A DNA stretch of 64,000 nt, taken from contig CAZSWP010000010.1 of the NCBI GenBank assembly GCA_964610875.1, positions 23,764 to 87,763 of the forward strand. The letters are read 5' to 3'. Origin of the DNA: an uncultured archaeon (GTDB taxonomy: Archaea; Asgardarchaeota; Thorarchaeia; Thorarchaeales; Thorarchaeaceae). Positions 1-10,702 of the stretch are shown here, piece after piece (within the stretch, counting starts at the first letter, position 1; the number at the start of each line of letters is the position of its first letter). The notes beneath the pieces are model-generated. The model did not search any database, had not been told where the DNA came from, and worked only from the letters and a program-made list of their open reading frames with translations. The translations under genes and the position numbers were made by a program.

Positions 1-801
1 CTCATGCCAGACGGAAAAGTGGTTCAGCTCCCCTCAACTCATGATCTTGGTGACAACTTCGCCAAGGCATTTGACATCAAGTACCTTGCAGAGAATAATG
101 AGATGGAATATGCTTGGCAGACCTGCTATGGGCCTGCTATATCTCGTATATACGGAGCAATGATATCCATCCATGGAGATGACAAGGGTCTCCGTTTACC
201 CTTCAAAGTGGCACCTTATCAAATAGTAATTATTCCGATTTTCAAAGGGAAAAACGCGGATGAGGTCCTCAAGTATTGCCAAGATATTGAAAAATCATTA
301 AAAAAGGTAGGTCTTCGTGTATATCTTGATGACCAAGATCAAACACCTGGTTGGAAATACAACTATTGGGAAATGAAGGGAGTACCTATTCGTATCGAGG
401 CTGGTCCGCGTGATATCAAAAAGGATGCCGTCGTTGTATTCAGAAGAGATACAATGAAACGCGAATCCGTGAAACTTTCCGACCTCAAAAAGAAAATTCG
501 TAGTCTTGGAAAGGAAATTGATGATAAACTCCGATTTGATGCAGAATCCAAGTTTGAGGGTCTCATAGTAGATGCCGAAACTTACGGTCAAATAGAAGAT
601 GCTCTCCAAAAGGGCAAGATTGCACGGATCTCGTTCTGTACCACTGAGATGGAAGGTCTGTCATGTGGTGAGGAGATAAAGGACCGGACTGGTGGCGAGA
701 TTCGTGGCACTCGTACAGATATTGAAGAGAAACCTGAGAGCGTTTGTGTTGTCTGTGGAAAACCTGCACAATCGGTAGTTTATGTTGCTCGATCATATTA
801 A
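1..801 (+). CDS. proS: Prolyl-tRNA synthetase, archaeal/eukaryotic type (3' part; gene starts before the window)
   Basis: H.LG.NFAKAFDI and WQTCYG..SR motif 3 region, HGDDKGL.LP..AP.Q, TPGWKYNYWEMKGVPIRIE anticodon-binding domain, C-terminal Zn domain ending in Tyr. Confidence 0.95.
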   Translation, partial: LMPDGKVVQLPSTHDLGDNFAKAFDIKYLAENNEMEYAWQTCYGPAISRIYGAMISIHGDDKGLRLPFKVAPYQIVIIPIFKGKNADEVLKYCQDIEKSLKKVGLRVYLDDQDQTPGWKYNYWEMKGVPIRIEAGPRDIKKDAVVVFRRDTMKRESVKLSDLKKKIRSLGKEIDDKLRFDAESKFEGLIVDAETYGQIEDALQKGKIARISFCTTEMEGLSCGEEIKDRTGGEIRGTRTDIEEKPESVCVVCGKPAQSVVYVARSY

Positions 802-811
802 AATAAAGGAT

Positions 812-846
812 GAGAGAGTCTTTTTGACTCTCCTTCTACTTTTTCC
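812..846 (+). terminator. Hairpin plus pyrimidine tract after proS
   Basis: GAGAGTC-TTTTT-GACTCTC followed by CTTCTACTTTTT. Confidence 0.6.
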
Positions 847-903
847 CACATGTGTACTCTATTAAGTAAAATAATTAAATTTATAGATCGAGCGTGGTCT
901 TCA

Positions 904-1890
904 ATGAAGATACTGGTTCCCTATAACGATGAGATTGTAAAACAAATTCAATCTATCATTGGAGATGTTGCAGAGGTCATTGGATCTGATAGAACACCTG
1001 AAGCAATGTTAGAGGCTGGTAGTGACGCAATAGCTGTAGCATCTGGACGAGTACCCGGCGAGTATATTTTGAAAGCTAAGAATCTAAAGATAATCCAAGC
1101 ATTTGGAGCAGGAATTGACAAGATTGACAAGGATGCTGTTCTAAAGCGTGGCGATGTAATAGTATGTAACAATCATGAGAATGCTCCTGAAGTGGCTGAG
1201 TATGCCATTATGCTTCTTCTCGCCGTAGCTAAACGAATAATTCTCAGTGATAGAGAGATGAGAAAAGGGGATTGGGCTCATGGATGGGGTGGTCCAAGCC
1301 CATCTATTGAGATCCGCGGAAAATATGTTCTACTCATCGGTCTTGGTAATATTGGTAGAGAAGTAGCTAAACGATTACGTTGTTTTGATGTAAAAATAAC
1401 TGCAGTCACTCGCACTGGCAGTTCTTCACATTCTCACCTTGTTGATAGACTAGTCAGTATTGATGATATCGAACCTAGTGTGAAGCGAGCTGATTTTGTG
1501 ATACTGGCACTTCCTCTAACCAATAATTCTGAAGCGCTAGTTGATGAGGAGTTTCTCTCTTGGATGAAATCCTCCTCCCTCTTAATCAACATCTCAAGAG
1601 GTCCTATTGTGGTTGAATCAGCTCTCTATGATGCCTTAGAAAAGAAGCAGATTGCTGGTGCTGCTATTGATGTCTGGTGGAAATATCCCAAGAAATGGGG
1701 CGGGTCAGGAAAAATCCCATCAGAAGAATACCCATTCCATGAATTGGACAATGTAGTCATTTCGCCTCACCGAGCCGCATATTCTGAGCACATAATGAAG
1801 GATCAAATACAGTTTGTTGCTGAGAATCTTCTGAGATTCATCAAGGGTGAATCTCCTGAAAACATTGTTGACATGAAACTTGGGTATTGA
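904..1890 (+). CDS. D-isomer-specific 2-hydroxyacid dehydrogenase (glyoxylate reductase/SerA-like)
   Basis: GAGIDKID, VAEYA, GLGNIG Rossmann motif, LINISRGPIV, AAIDVW, SPHRA; likely start ATG 904 (ORF track 850). Confidence 0.9.
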   Translation: MKILVPYNDEIVKQIQSIIGDVAEVIGSDRTPEAMLEAGSDAIAVASGRVPGEYILKAKNLKIIQAFGAGIDKIDKDAVLKRGDVIVCNNHENAPEVAEYAIMLLLAVAKRIILSDREMRKGDWAHGWGGPSPSIEIRGKYVLLIGLGNIGREVAKRLRCFDVKITAVTRTGSSSHSHLVDRLVSIDDIEPSVKRADFVILALPLTNNSEALVDEEFLSWMKSSSLLINISRGPIVVESALYDALEKKQIAGAAIDVWWKYPKKWGGSGKIPSEEYPFHELDNVVISPHRAAYSEHIMKDQIQFVAENLLRFIKGESPENIVDMKLGY

Positions 1891-2033
1891 CATCTATCAA
1901 ATCTCATTTTTGGTGGTGGTTATCTACCCTAGCTGTCACCTTATTATAAGGTCAAACGATGGCTTTAGACCATAACTCAGGGAGGCTCTGTTCTCAATAA
2001 GTACTGAGAGTCAAACCTTTTAGGTGGACCAAG

Positions 2034-4259
2034 ATGACGACAGAACAATACACAGAATCAGGGGAAATCATATTGGACATCACAAGTCTTGCAGACATAC
2101 CTGGTGTGGGTGACAAGGTCACTAAAGCACTTGTTGACCATTTTGGTTCAGAATCAGTCGCTATGAAAGTGATTTTGGACTCGCGTGTTGATCTGGTTGC
2201 AGCTGTCCCAGGTATTGGTGACAGACAGGCAGTAAACATTGTAAAAGCCGCTTTCGAATCACAATTCGGTGTCAGTTCTAATACAATACTTCGGAGTCCG
2301 GATGTTAGGAAGATATTCGAATCTGTGATGGATATCATCCGTGATTATGCTAATACGAGCTATGCCCGTGACAAGCTCTTTCTCTATTTTCCACTACCCC
2401 CTGAACGAATTGATGATATCCATAAGAGACAGGAATATTTTAGTCATGCACTAGAGATGGCACGTGGACTATCCACGGAACAACGCGAATTCTTGAAGAA
2501 ACATCTTGGACAGATTCGCGGGCTCTTCAAAAGAATACGACACAAACGTATTGAAGGTCGCGTGATAATCACGAATGATGACAAGGTCTTTGACAAACTG
2601 GTGCAAGAAGGAGTTGATCGTTGGTGTCCAGTATACGTTCTTTCGGAGGGCGAGAGTGGTGCTGATTATGCACAAGGCTATGACCTTGTGATTTACATAT
2701 CGCCTTTGGGTGTCTACGATGATTCAATTGACATGTTGGATAATGTGGAAATCCTTGGAAAAGACTGGTCCATCTCTAAAATTTTACCAGAGATGACTGT
2801 CAATTTCTATTCACGAAATTACCATGTGATTGATGCTGCTTGCAGTCTCGCTGATGAGTTCAGTAAATTACCAAGTAATTCTGCAATGAGTATATTTGCA
2901 AAAGGTCTTGATTTTGAGAAATTGAATCAAGTTGGTGCCATTCTAAGAAATCTCGATGAAAATGGAGATATCGCTCAAGGTGTTGATGCTGAGCTGGACA
3001 GATATCGAAAAGCAGTCAAAGCATATCCTACAGCAATTGCTGAAACAGAGGCATGGATGAATCAAGAGATTCACTCACGAATCGAGAAGAGTCAAGTTAC
3101 GCTTGGTGGACAACAGATAATCAGTATACTACAGTCAGCAGACCTCGAAGGTGCAGAAGGGAACACACTTCGCAATATGCTTCCTGCTGAAATAGTAGAA
3201 ACCTTCACCTCAACTGTTAGTGAGGCTGAAGAGAAACTTGTAGCAATGCTTGGTCTCACCATCCGTGAAGCAGATTGGGTCATCGGAGTGATTAGCGATG
3301 AGATTGCACTTCCTGCAAAAATGGTTCCTATGGCAATCAATGATTTGGAAGATAAATTACGCAGGCGATTTGCAGACCGCCAATTCAGACTGATAAAGAA
3401 ATTTGCTGGAGAGCTTGAAGCATTACAAGATGTTGTTACTGAAGCTGTACAGACTCTACTCGAGTTTGACCTCTTTTTGGCGGTGGGTCTTTTCTCCGTA
3501 GATTATGATCTCGACATGCCAGTTGTTTCAAACGAATATAATGGCTTAGGTGTGAAAGGTGCGAATAACATCTTTTTGGTGGAGAGTCATTTGAAAGGAA
3601 AACATGGCAAAGTTGTTCCTATTGATTATGCTATTGGGAACACGCCGTTTCGACCTGCCGGAACAAATGGTGAGAACTGTGCAATTCTATCAGGTGCAAA
3701 TAGTGGTGGGAAGACAACAACAATACAGACACTGGCTCAAATTGCCACTCTTGCACAGACTGGATTTCCAGTTCCCGCTAAGGAAACCTTCACCTGTGTG
3801 TTCGAAGAGATATTCTTCTTCTACAAGAGTCGGGGTATGGTGAGTGCTGGAGCATTCGAAACCACACTAAAACAATTCGCAGATATTGTAGTTTCTGACA
3901 AATCAAAACTAGCACTCTTTGATGAAGTAGAAGCCATAACAGAACCAGGCAGTGCAGCTAACGTGATTGCTGGATTGATTGAAATCCTTCAAAGAGACCC
4001 AAACAGTTCGACGGTGATATGCAGTCACCTTGCACGAGAGATACAAGATGCAACTGATGTCCCTGTACGAGTTGATGGAATCGAAGCACGAGGACTTGAT
4101 GAAGATCTCAATCTGATTGTAGATAGAACACCAAAATTCGGTGTACTTGCTAGAAGCACTCCCGAACTTATTGTAGAAAGACTGGCAAAGCTCTCGCGTG
4201 GAGATAAGAAAGAGGTCTATGAGAAGATTCTTGAGAACCTAAGTCGAGGGCGTACTTGA
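2034..4259 (+). CDS. Archaeal MutS-like ATPase with N-terminal helix-hairpin-helix (MutS5-type)
   Basis: Two HhH motifs (IPGVG, VPGIG); MutS domain V with Walker A GANSGGKT, SAGAFE signature, Walker B LFDEVE and CSHL. Confidence 0.85.
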   Translation: MTTEQYTESGEIILDITSLADIPGVGDKVTKALVDHFGSESVAMKVILDSRVDLVAAVPGIGDRQAVNIVKAAFESQFGVSSNTILRSPDVRKIFESVMDIIRDYANTSYARDKLFLYFPLPPERIDDIHKRQEYFSHALEMARGLSTEQREFLKKHLGQIRGLFKRIRHKRIEGRVIITNDDKVFDKLVQEGVDRWCPVYVLSEGESGADYAQGYDLVIYISPLGVYDDSIDMLDNVEILGKDWSISKILPEMTVNFYSRNYHVIDAACSLADEFSKLPSNSAMSIFAKGLDFEKLNQVGAILRNLDENGDIAQGVDAELDRYRKAVKAYPTAIAETEAWMNQEIHSRIEKSQVTLGGQQIISILQSADLEGAEGNTLRNMLPAEIVETFTSTVSEAEEKLVAMLGLTIREADWVIGVISDEIALPAKMVPMAINDLEDKLRRRFADRQFRLIKKFAGELEALQDVVTEAVQTLLEFDLFLAVGLFSVDYDLDMPVVSNEYNGLGVKGANNIFLVESHLKGKHGKVVPIDYAIGNTPFRPAGTNGENCAILSGANSGGKTTTIQTLAQIATLAQTGFPVPAKETFTCVFEEIFFFYKSRGMVSAGAFETTLKQFADIVVSDKSKLALFDEVEAITEPGSAANVIAGLIEILQRDPNSSTVICSHLAREIQDATDVPVRVDGIEARGLDEDLNLIVDRTPKFGVLARSTPELIVERLAKLSRGDKKEVYEKILENLSRGRT

Positions 4260-4265
4260 TTACCA

Positions 4266-4844
4266 TTGAGAGTACTCATATTCGGCGATGCACACATTCC
4301 AAGAAGAAGCGACTCGGTTCCAGAGCCATTCTATCATCATATCAAACAGACTAATTTTGATATGGCTCTCATCACTGGTGACTTGGTCAATGAGCAAGCC
4401 ATGAGAGCCGCCTTACCGCCATTACCTCGTACATTCATTGTACGTGGGAACATGGACTTTTCAGGAAGCGAATACAATTTTTCTGAACAAATTCATGTTG
4501 GAGGATTTCGGTTTTTGTTGTTACATGGAACCCAACTCAGGCCCAGAGGGAATGTTCAACAACTCTATGATATTGCTGAACATGTGGAAGCCGATGTAGC
4601 AGTACATGGCCATACTCACGAAGCTGCAATTGAACTCTACAAAGACAAACTTATACTAAATCCTGGTACGATATCCGGTGCTACTGGTGGTTGGTCTGGA
4701 AAGACTACAGCCAGTATGATTGATCTTACAGTAAGGGGCTGGTCTATTGAAGTCACTCTATTCAAGACTGATTGGAAAAAGGTGAGTGAATCCAAAGCAC
4801 TCTTTGAGAAAAGGGATGGAATCATCAAACGAAAGCAGGAATAG
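4266..4844 (+). CDS. Metallophosphoesterase, MJ0936/Vps29 family
   Basis: GDAHIP, GDL, VRGNMD, HG, HGHTH and NPGTISGA motifs; TTG start. Confidence 0.85.
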   Translation: MRVLIFGDAHIPRRSDSVPEPFYHHIKQTNFDMALITGDLVNEQAMRAALPPLPRTFIVRGNMDFSGSEYNFSEQIHVGGFRFLLLHGTQLRPRGNVQQLYDIAEHVEADVAVHGHTHEAAIELYKDKLILNPGTISGATGGWSGKTTASMIDLTVRGWSIEVTLFKTDWKKVSESKALFEKRDGIIKRKQE

Positions 4845-4858
4845 ACAAAACGGAACTC

Positions 4859-5482
4859 CTATTCCCAGGGACTTGGACTGAGTAATCGCATGTAGATACG
4901 TTTCAAGATATTGGTAGATTCTTGTAACGCGATTTTGATTGACTTGTCATCAATTTGTTTCCTCGGTTGTTCATCCTTGTTCTCCTTCTTAAATCGTCCA
5001 AGTAGTCTGTCTGCAATGCTCTCATCCTGTTCAACATCTTCATTCACATCTACTGAATCAGCTGCTTTCTGCATTTCTTCTATTGGAATGATATCTCTGG
5101 TTAGGGGGAGTCTTTGAAAGAAATTGAACATGACCAAACGTGCTTCTGAACCATCTACTCTCTCATCTGGAATATCTCCCACGAGTATCATAGATTCTTC
5201 TCGTATCTTTTTTGAAAGGATGCTCTGGATATCCGTTGCAAGTATTCTGTTCTGCCCACATGCAATACCAATCTGTATCATGATCATACGAACTCGATCA
5301 AGAATGACTCCTGTGTCAGCTCCAATGACCGACTTTCCTCGCATTGTTGCCCTCCAATCATCATAAGCACCATTGACTCTAGTCAATTCCTCTTCTGTAC
5401 ACTGAATCTTTGGTAGGTCGTCGTAGGGGATTAATGGGCACCAGACATCCATAGGTCCCCAATTATTACTAGTCGTGGGCAT
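4859..5482 (-). CDS. Hypothetical protein
   Basis: 207-aa ORF filling the gap; no recognised motif. Confidence 0.65.
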   Translation of the reverse strand: MPTTSNNWGPMDVWCPLIPYDDLPKIQCTEEELTRVNGAYDDWRATMRGKSVIGADTGVILDRVRMIMIQIGIACGQNRILATDIQSILSKKIREESMILVGDIPDERVDGSEARLVMFNFFQRLPLTRDIIPIEEMQKAADSVDVNEDVEQDESIADRLLGRFKKENKDEQPRKQIDDKSIKIALQESTNILKRIYMRLLSPSPWE

Positions 5483-5527
5483 GTTTTGAACTCGTTTTGC
5501 TATTTTTTCAGTGTATTCAGTGTGTAT

Positions 5528-6445
5528 CTATGCTCTTCTCTTAACTACTAGAATGACGACTATCACACAAACAACAATGATTACACTACCACCAATCAAT
5601 AACCACATGTCAATTGGTTGTTGTTCTACAGCCTTTTCAACAAGCATTGAGAATTGTCCTTCATAAGCATCGTCCATCTGAGGGTGCTGTGGATCATTAC
5701 CGAAGAGTTGTGCTAAATCAGAGTCCTCTGGAAAGACCTCATTTTCAATGTATTCTCTACAATGGTCATATGCATAGGCAAATGCTTCCTCCACAGTCAC
5801 ATCGGCATCATCATTCAGATCTGCAGTATCAGTCGAAAACGCATTGGTGAGGAAATGATTGAACAGGCATCCAGAAACCTCTTCAGTTTCTTCTCCGGCT
5901 AGTCCTAGTTCTCCCTGATCTGTTGCAGATATGTGAATGTGCGGTGCATCCTCATTCTCAAAATCTTCAATGAAATCGCCAGAGTGACAAGTGGATAGAA
6001 CCATCAATTTCTTCTGGCTTTGAATATCTCCCCATGCATCAAGATATTCCTCCCCTCCGAAGTTTCTTTGGTCCATCCAGGTTCCATGTGCAAAAACATA
6101 GAAGAATGCTAAATCATTTTCATCAGCATTTTCAACAAGGAAATCAATGGCATCGAGAAGGATGTTTGCTGAAAGATAACCTCTAGTAATCTCAATATGA
6201 TCGTTCTCCCACCCCAATGCCGTGAGTGTATCATTCCATTTTGTAGTATCTGCATAACCCGTTTCTAGGTCTGTCCACTGTGAAGGATAATCATTCATCT
6301 CCAGTAATACCGCCCACCCCTCTGAAGGGTTTGTTTGAGCAGCAACCGTTGATATAGAAGAAATCGAAATTACAGATACGCACAAAAGAAGCGAAAGCAC
6401 TCCCAAACCAATCAATGACCTGTTCATCAAGACCACAACAATCAA
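5528..6445 (-). CDS. Caspase-family (clan CD) cysteine peptidase, secreted and membrane-anchored
   Basis: Signal peptide; His/Cys dyad in FFYVFAHG and VLSTCHSG; C-terminal TM helix plus KRR. Confidence 0.75.
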   Translation of the reverse strand: MIVVVLMNRSLIGLGVLSLLLCVSVISISSISTVAAQTNPSEGWAVLLEMNDYPSQWTDLETGYADTTKWNDTLTALGWENDHIEITRGYLSANILLDAIDFLVENADENDLAFFYVFAHGTWMDQRNFGGEEYLDAWGDIQSQKKLMVLSTCHSGDFIEDFENEDAPHIHISATDQGELGLAGEETEEVSGCLFNHFLTNAFSTDTADLNDDADVTVEEAFAYAYDHCREYIENEVFPEDSDLAQLFGNDPQHPQMDDAYEGQFSMLVEKAVEQQPIDMWLLIGGSVIIVVCVIVVILVVKRRA

Positions 6446-6658
6446 AACTATTTGAAAAACAAGATATAATGTTCACAGTTTAAGCAATTTTTTCTATTCT
6501 ATCATCTCATCAATGTGGTAGATATAATTATGTCAGTATATTCAACAATTACGCTAAGAAAGCATCTCCGTACATTAACAGGTTCGTTTCCCCTAGCTTT
6601 GGTTCTCTCTTAATCGTGTCTAGTATAAACGGAAGAAGACTTTGAATCAGCAATGAAT

Positions 6659-6693
6659 AATAAAAAAACAGGAGGGAGGCAAGGAATGCCTCC
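6659..6693 (-). terminator. Hairpin plus T-tract terminator
   Basis: GGAGGCA-N5-TGCCTCC followed by a T-run on the minus strand after the 6703 stop. Confidence 0.6.
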
Positions 6694-6702
6694 AAGAATG
6701 AG

Positions 6703-7650
6703 CTATTTTCTCATCTTTAGAACAATTGCTAGTACAACTACTACAACAATTGCTCCACCAAAAATGAGTAGAGATGTGGCGTCAAGAAGTGGTTCTGTTA
6801 TAGCAACTTCAATGCCAATGATTGGGTCATATTCAAGGGTTTCATTGCTAAAGTATTCGAATGCTAGATAGACTGATTCGCCTGCTTCTTGACCGATTCC
6901 ATCACCATAGCTTGCTTTTACTTCCAGAGTATTCTGTGCAGCTAAAGCTGTTTCATTGTATTCCATATATCCATCGGAAAAGCTGAATTTTGTTCCAGTA
7001 CGTTGGAAACCATTTGGATTTCCTTCTGACTGTCCCTGCCCGTGATTACTCTCTGTAATGGTGTACTGCATCACAAGAATAGAATCATCATAGGTCCAGT
7101 TCCATCCATCAATCACAACATCGAACTTCACTTCGTTTGGTGTCTCTGTATAGAGATGTACACGAAGCTGCACCATCACATCAAACTCAGCAAGACTTGG
7201 TAGTTGTCCGTAGTCGCCACCAGCACCACCGGGTCGTGGATCATGTTCGCTGGTTGTTGTGAAGTTGAAATGAACAGCTGTTACATTATCACCTTCTTCC
7301 TCAACGACGAAATCACTGAACTCCCAATTTTCGGTAGGAAGCATGAATCTCGGTCCAACTATATCATCAGTTCCCCTTGTAAAGACCCCATCATCATCAG
7401 TATCGTTAGCCTCGAACAGGCTTATGAACCGTAGATGGTAGTCAACATCCTCTGTTACAGGACTCCACCAATGAAAGTGTGGTTGACCTGCACCAGTAAC
7501 TCTAATCTCTAAATCCGCAGTACTTAGCTCTGAGATTCCTGCGGAGTATTGATATTGTACAGCACTGCCCTGTGCGGCAACTACAGGGAGTCCAATTCCC
7601 AACATTGCCACTGCAAGCAATGAAATCAGGATTTTTTTATGGCTCTGCAT
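6703..7650 (-). CDS. Secreted acidic surface protein with C-terminal TM anchor
   Basis: Signal peptide (..PVVAA|Q), acidic beta-rich body, C-terminal hydrophobic helix plus KMRK. Confidence 0.75.
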   Translation of the reverse strand: MQSHKKILISLLAVAMLGIGLPVVAAQGSAVQYQYSAGISELSTADLEIRVTGAGQPHFHWWSPVTEDVDYHLRFISLFEANDTDDDGVFTRGTDDIVGPRFMLPTENWEFSDFVVEEEGDNVTAVHFNFTTTSEHDPRPGGAGGDYGQLPSLAEFDVMVQLRVHLYTETPNEVKFDVVIDGWNWTYDDSILVMQYTITESNHGQGQSEGNPNGFQRTGTKFSFSDGYMEYNETALAAQNTLEVKASYGDGIGQEAGESVYLAFEYFSNETLEYDPIIGIEVAITEPLLDATSLLIFGGAIVVVVVLAIVLKMRK

Positions 7651-7851
7651 TTTATCACCACATTAACACCAAATGTTAGTTAATATAATGACTCTTAGAA
7701 AGAAAGCCCATAAAACACAACTATAAGCATCTTATAGCAAATTAAAATATATTAGAAGGTTTATGGGAGCTTTAAACGTTTTTTAAAACACTATGAATGA
7801 AATTAAAAAACAACAGGTCTATACGAGAATAGACATAGTAGCGAAATAACA

Positions 7852-8730
7852 ATGAATTTGGAGGAGTCGTATTTGATGTCAGAGTATCCTGTATACATCG
7901 TTGATGCTTTTACTGATATACCCTTCTCGGGAAATCCTGCCGGTGTCTATCTCTGTCCAACATCCCTGAATGAACAACAGATGCAACTGATAGCTCGTGA
8001 ACTGAATCTATCGGAAACTGCTTTTCCTATTCCTACTAGCAGCGAATACTATACAGATGCCAATAGATTCCACTTGAGATGGTTTTCTCCACTCGTTGAG
8101 GTCCCTCTGTGTGGACATGCGACTCTGGCAACAGCTCATGTACTCTGGTCTGAACTACAGAATGAAAATGACACTTTAGCGTTTGAAACCAAATCTGGTA
8201 GATTAGAGGTACACCGGGGGACTAGCGGATACGTGATGGATTTTCCTCGGGGTAAAGCAGAATCAATTCCAATAACCGAAGATATTACCTGTGCCTTGGA
8301 ACTGTCTATCGAATCGGTGGTGGACATGCTCTATTGTGAAGATCCCAATAAACTTCTCATAGTTGTCAAGGATGAGACGGACGTGAAGGATCTCCAACCT
8401 GACTTTCTTGAATTAAGTAGGATATCGGAAAAACACAATGCTGGAAGCATCATTGTGACAACAATCAGTACATCGACAGAATATGATTTCATTTCTCGCA
8501 ACTTTGCTCCCATTAGGGGCGTGAATGAAGATTCAGTAACAGGATCCTCTCATGTGATTCTTGGTCCTTATTGGCAAGCGGCCTTAAAGAAGGACACATT
8601 GGTTGCATATCAAGCGAGCTCTCGCGGTGGATCTATGACTGTGAAGATGGTCAATGAAGACAGAGTCCTTCTAATTGGAAATGCCGTTACCATAACTAGA
8701 GGCACAATGACGATTCCTGTCCGTTACTAA
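7852..8730 (+). CDS. PhzF-family isomerase
   Basis: VDAFT..PFSGNPAGV, LNLSETAF, RWFSP..EVPLCGHATLA, EDSVTGS. Confidence 0.92.
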   Translation: MNLEESYLMSEYPVYIVDAFTDIPFSGNPAGVYLCPTSLNEQQMQLIARELNLSETAFPIPTSSEYYTDANRFHLRWFSPLVEVPLCGHATLATAHVLWSELQNENDTLAFETKSGRLEVHRGTSGYVMDFPRGKAESIPITEDITCALELSIESVVDMLYCEDPNKLLIVVKDETDVKDLQPDFLELSRISEKHNAGSIIVTTISTSTEYDFISRNFAPIRGVNEDSVTGSSHVILGPYWQAALKKDTLVAYQASSRGGSMTVKMVNEDRVLLIGNAVTITRGTMTIPVRY

Positions 8731-8751
8731 TTTAGAATGCAATTACAAAGA

Positions 8752-9312
8752 TCACATCATTTTCTTCCCAATATCCCAGGCTTTTGCGAGATATTCTCCA
8801 ACTGACCAATAGCGATTATCTGGCATTGTAAGTATTATGGGATTCATCTTCTTGATGTCTATCTTATCATCCGTGAGATATTCCTTGGTTGTGTACGACT
8901 CAACAACATCTCCCAATACAATGGTATTGGTTGGCAAATCAATCAAATCTCGGAGTCTACACTCGATTGTGAGAGGACAATCTTGAATCATAGGTGCATT
9001 CTCAAGTTCTCCATAGAAAACTGTGAAAACATCTGTCTTGTCAATCTTCTTTCCTGAACCCAGTCCACAATAGTCTACTTTTGTCACCATATCCATACTA
9101 GGGAAGTTAATGCTGAACTCTCTGTTTTGTTTTAGACCATCCATTGTGTAATGGCGCTTATTGATTGCTGCACCCCAGATTGGTGGATTGTAGTTCAGAC
9201 GTGTTATCCATGCAACAGTCATGAAATTGACCTTACTCTCTACTTTCGTTCCTATCAGCGTGACGGGCATCGGGTAGGGTGTCACTTGCTGCCCTATCTT
9301 GACCTTATTCAT
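8752..9312 (-). CDS. Flavin reductase family protein
   Basis: PMPVTLIGT, NFMTVAW, EFSINFP, APMI..CPL..EC. Confidence 0.88.
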   Translation of the reverse strand: MNKVKIGQQVTPYPMPVTLIGTKVESKVNFMTVAWITRLNYNPPIWGAAINKRHYTMDGLKQNREFSINFPSMDMVTKVDYCGLGSGKKIDKTDVFTVFYGELENAPMIQDCPLTIECRLRDLIDLPTNTIVLGDVVESYTTKEYLTDDKIDIKKMNPIILTMPDNRYWSVGEYLAKAWDIGKKMM

Positions 9313-9350
9313 CTCGTTTCACCTACAACGCTGTAGGAATTAGAAACTTT

Positions 9351-10046
9351 TCATTTAAGCCAGACGCTGCCCCTCAATTTCAACAATCTGAACAATGAAT
9401 CAATGAGAAGTGCAATCCCACCAAGATGCACAAGAAAATGGAATGGTGTGGCATAGACATCAAGATATCCTTGCGCTTGTATACCCGTTGCAACAAAAAG
9501 GGATGACACACTCAGAATCAGTGCTAATATGATATACAGACCCATCACCATCCACTCATTAGGTCTCAACCTCTCCACAATCTTGCTTTCAGATAGAATG
9601 AACAGTGTCAGTATAATTCCTTGGAGTGCTATCAGTGCCCAGAGTGTAGAATCAAAGCCGAAAATGAGCATGATTTGTCCTCCACCTACCAAGACGAATA
9701 AGACTGGAGTGATTGGAAACAGTATTGCAGTAAGACCTAGACTAAACCCGAATGCCCTGTGATATCTCTCAAGGGGCGTTGCAATCAACTTGTGATATAT
9801 CGTGAGGGTGATTGTAATCAGAATCACAATGATTGTGTATATTCCCACTAGTCCTATAAGTTCTGTATTGGGCACGAAGGGATAGACAACCTCATTGTAG
9901 AATATCATACTAGCGTAGAACAGGAGTGGTAACAGGAGCAGTACAACAAGTGAAAGCATGAATGGTATCAATCGCTGCAACCACTCGGACTTTCGCTTCG
10001 ACTCATTATCACTATGATTCGTCGTCATTGTATCCCTCGTTTTCAT
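9351..10046 (-). CDS. Hypothetical multi-pass membrane protein
   Basis: About six hydrophobic segments. Confidence 0.65.
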   Translation of the reverse strand: MKTRDTMTTNHSDNESKRKSEWLQRLIPFMLSLVVLLLLPLLFYASMIFYNEVVYPFVPNTELIGLVGIYTIIVILITITLTIYHKLIATPLERYHRAFGFSLGLTAILFPITPVLFVLVGGGQIMLIFGFDSTLWALIALQGIILTLFILSESKIVERLRPNEWMVMGLYIILALILSVSSLFVATGIQAQGYLDVYATPFHFLVHLGGIALLIDSLFRLLKLRGSVWLK

Positions 10047-10132
10047 TAACTCTTTGTTATACTAAATATGACCTTGTAAGAATTGTGTTTGCTATAAAAT
10101 CGTATTACATATGTTCTGGGAAAAGGTGATGG

Positions 10133-10596
10133 TCACAGTCGTTTTTTGTAGTCTTCCTTTCTCAAAAGAGTACCGCAATATGGGCAATCCATTATAGACT
10201 CATTCCATAGACTATTCATCATTTTATTATCCAGATCCTCACCACAACTATAACAAGTCCAATTATCTTTCGTAACAATGAATCTCTCTATTTTAGAACA
10301 CAATTTACAAAATAGCGCAGTTATTAGAACTATAGCAAAACCCAGATTGAAAGAGTAGAATATCTTTAGGAAATTGGTAGGCGCGACGATTGTCCATAGA
10401 AATAGATAGATGATAATGAATGATGAACATACAAAACTACAAAATGAGAAGATTATTTGTCTACATGTTGACTCTCTCTCCACTACTTGCCTGCTGTAAG
10501 TCCTGTATTCATCATCAATAGTTGTATGACTGAAAGCTCTATTCGCCATCTTGAACTGTCCTGCATCAAAATATACTTCTCCCAGAGAGTTCCAGA
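10133..10596 (-). pseudogene. 3' half of a split TPR-2TM-zinc-ribbon gene
   Basis: Frame extends upstream of ATG 10549 as WNSLGEVYFDAGQFKMANRAF (TPR helices); two TM helices; CYSC..CPYC; joins in frame to 20334-20581 through a shared TCTGGAA. Confidence 0.75.
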
Positions 10597-10702
10597 AGAA
10601 TAGAAAGGATGTCCCGCTTGATAATAAGAGGTGGTCGACATTATAGATCTATCTAGAATACCATGAATCTCTTGAACGACTCACAAGTATTGAATGATTT
10701 AC

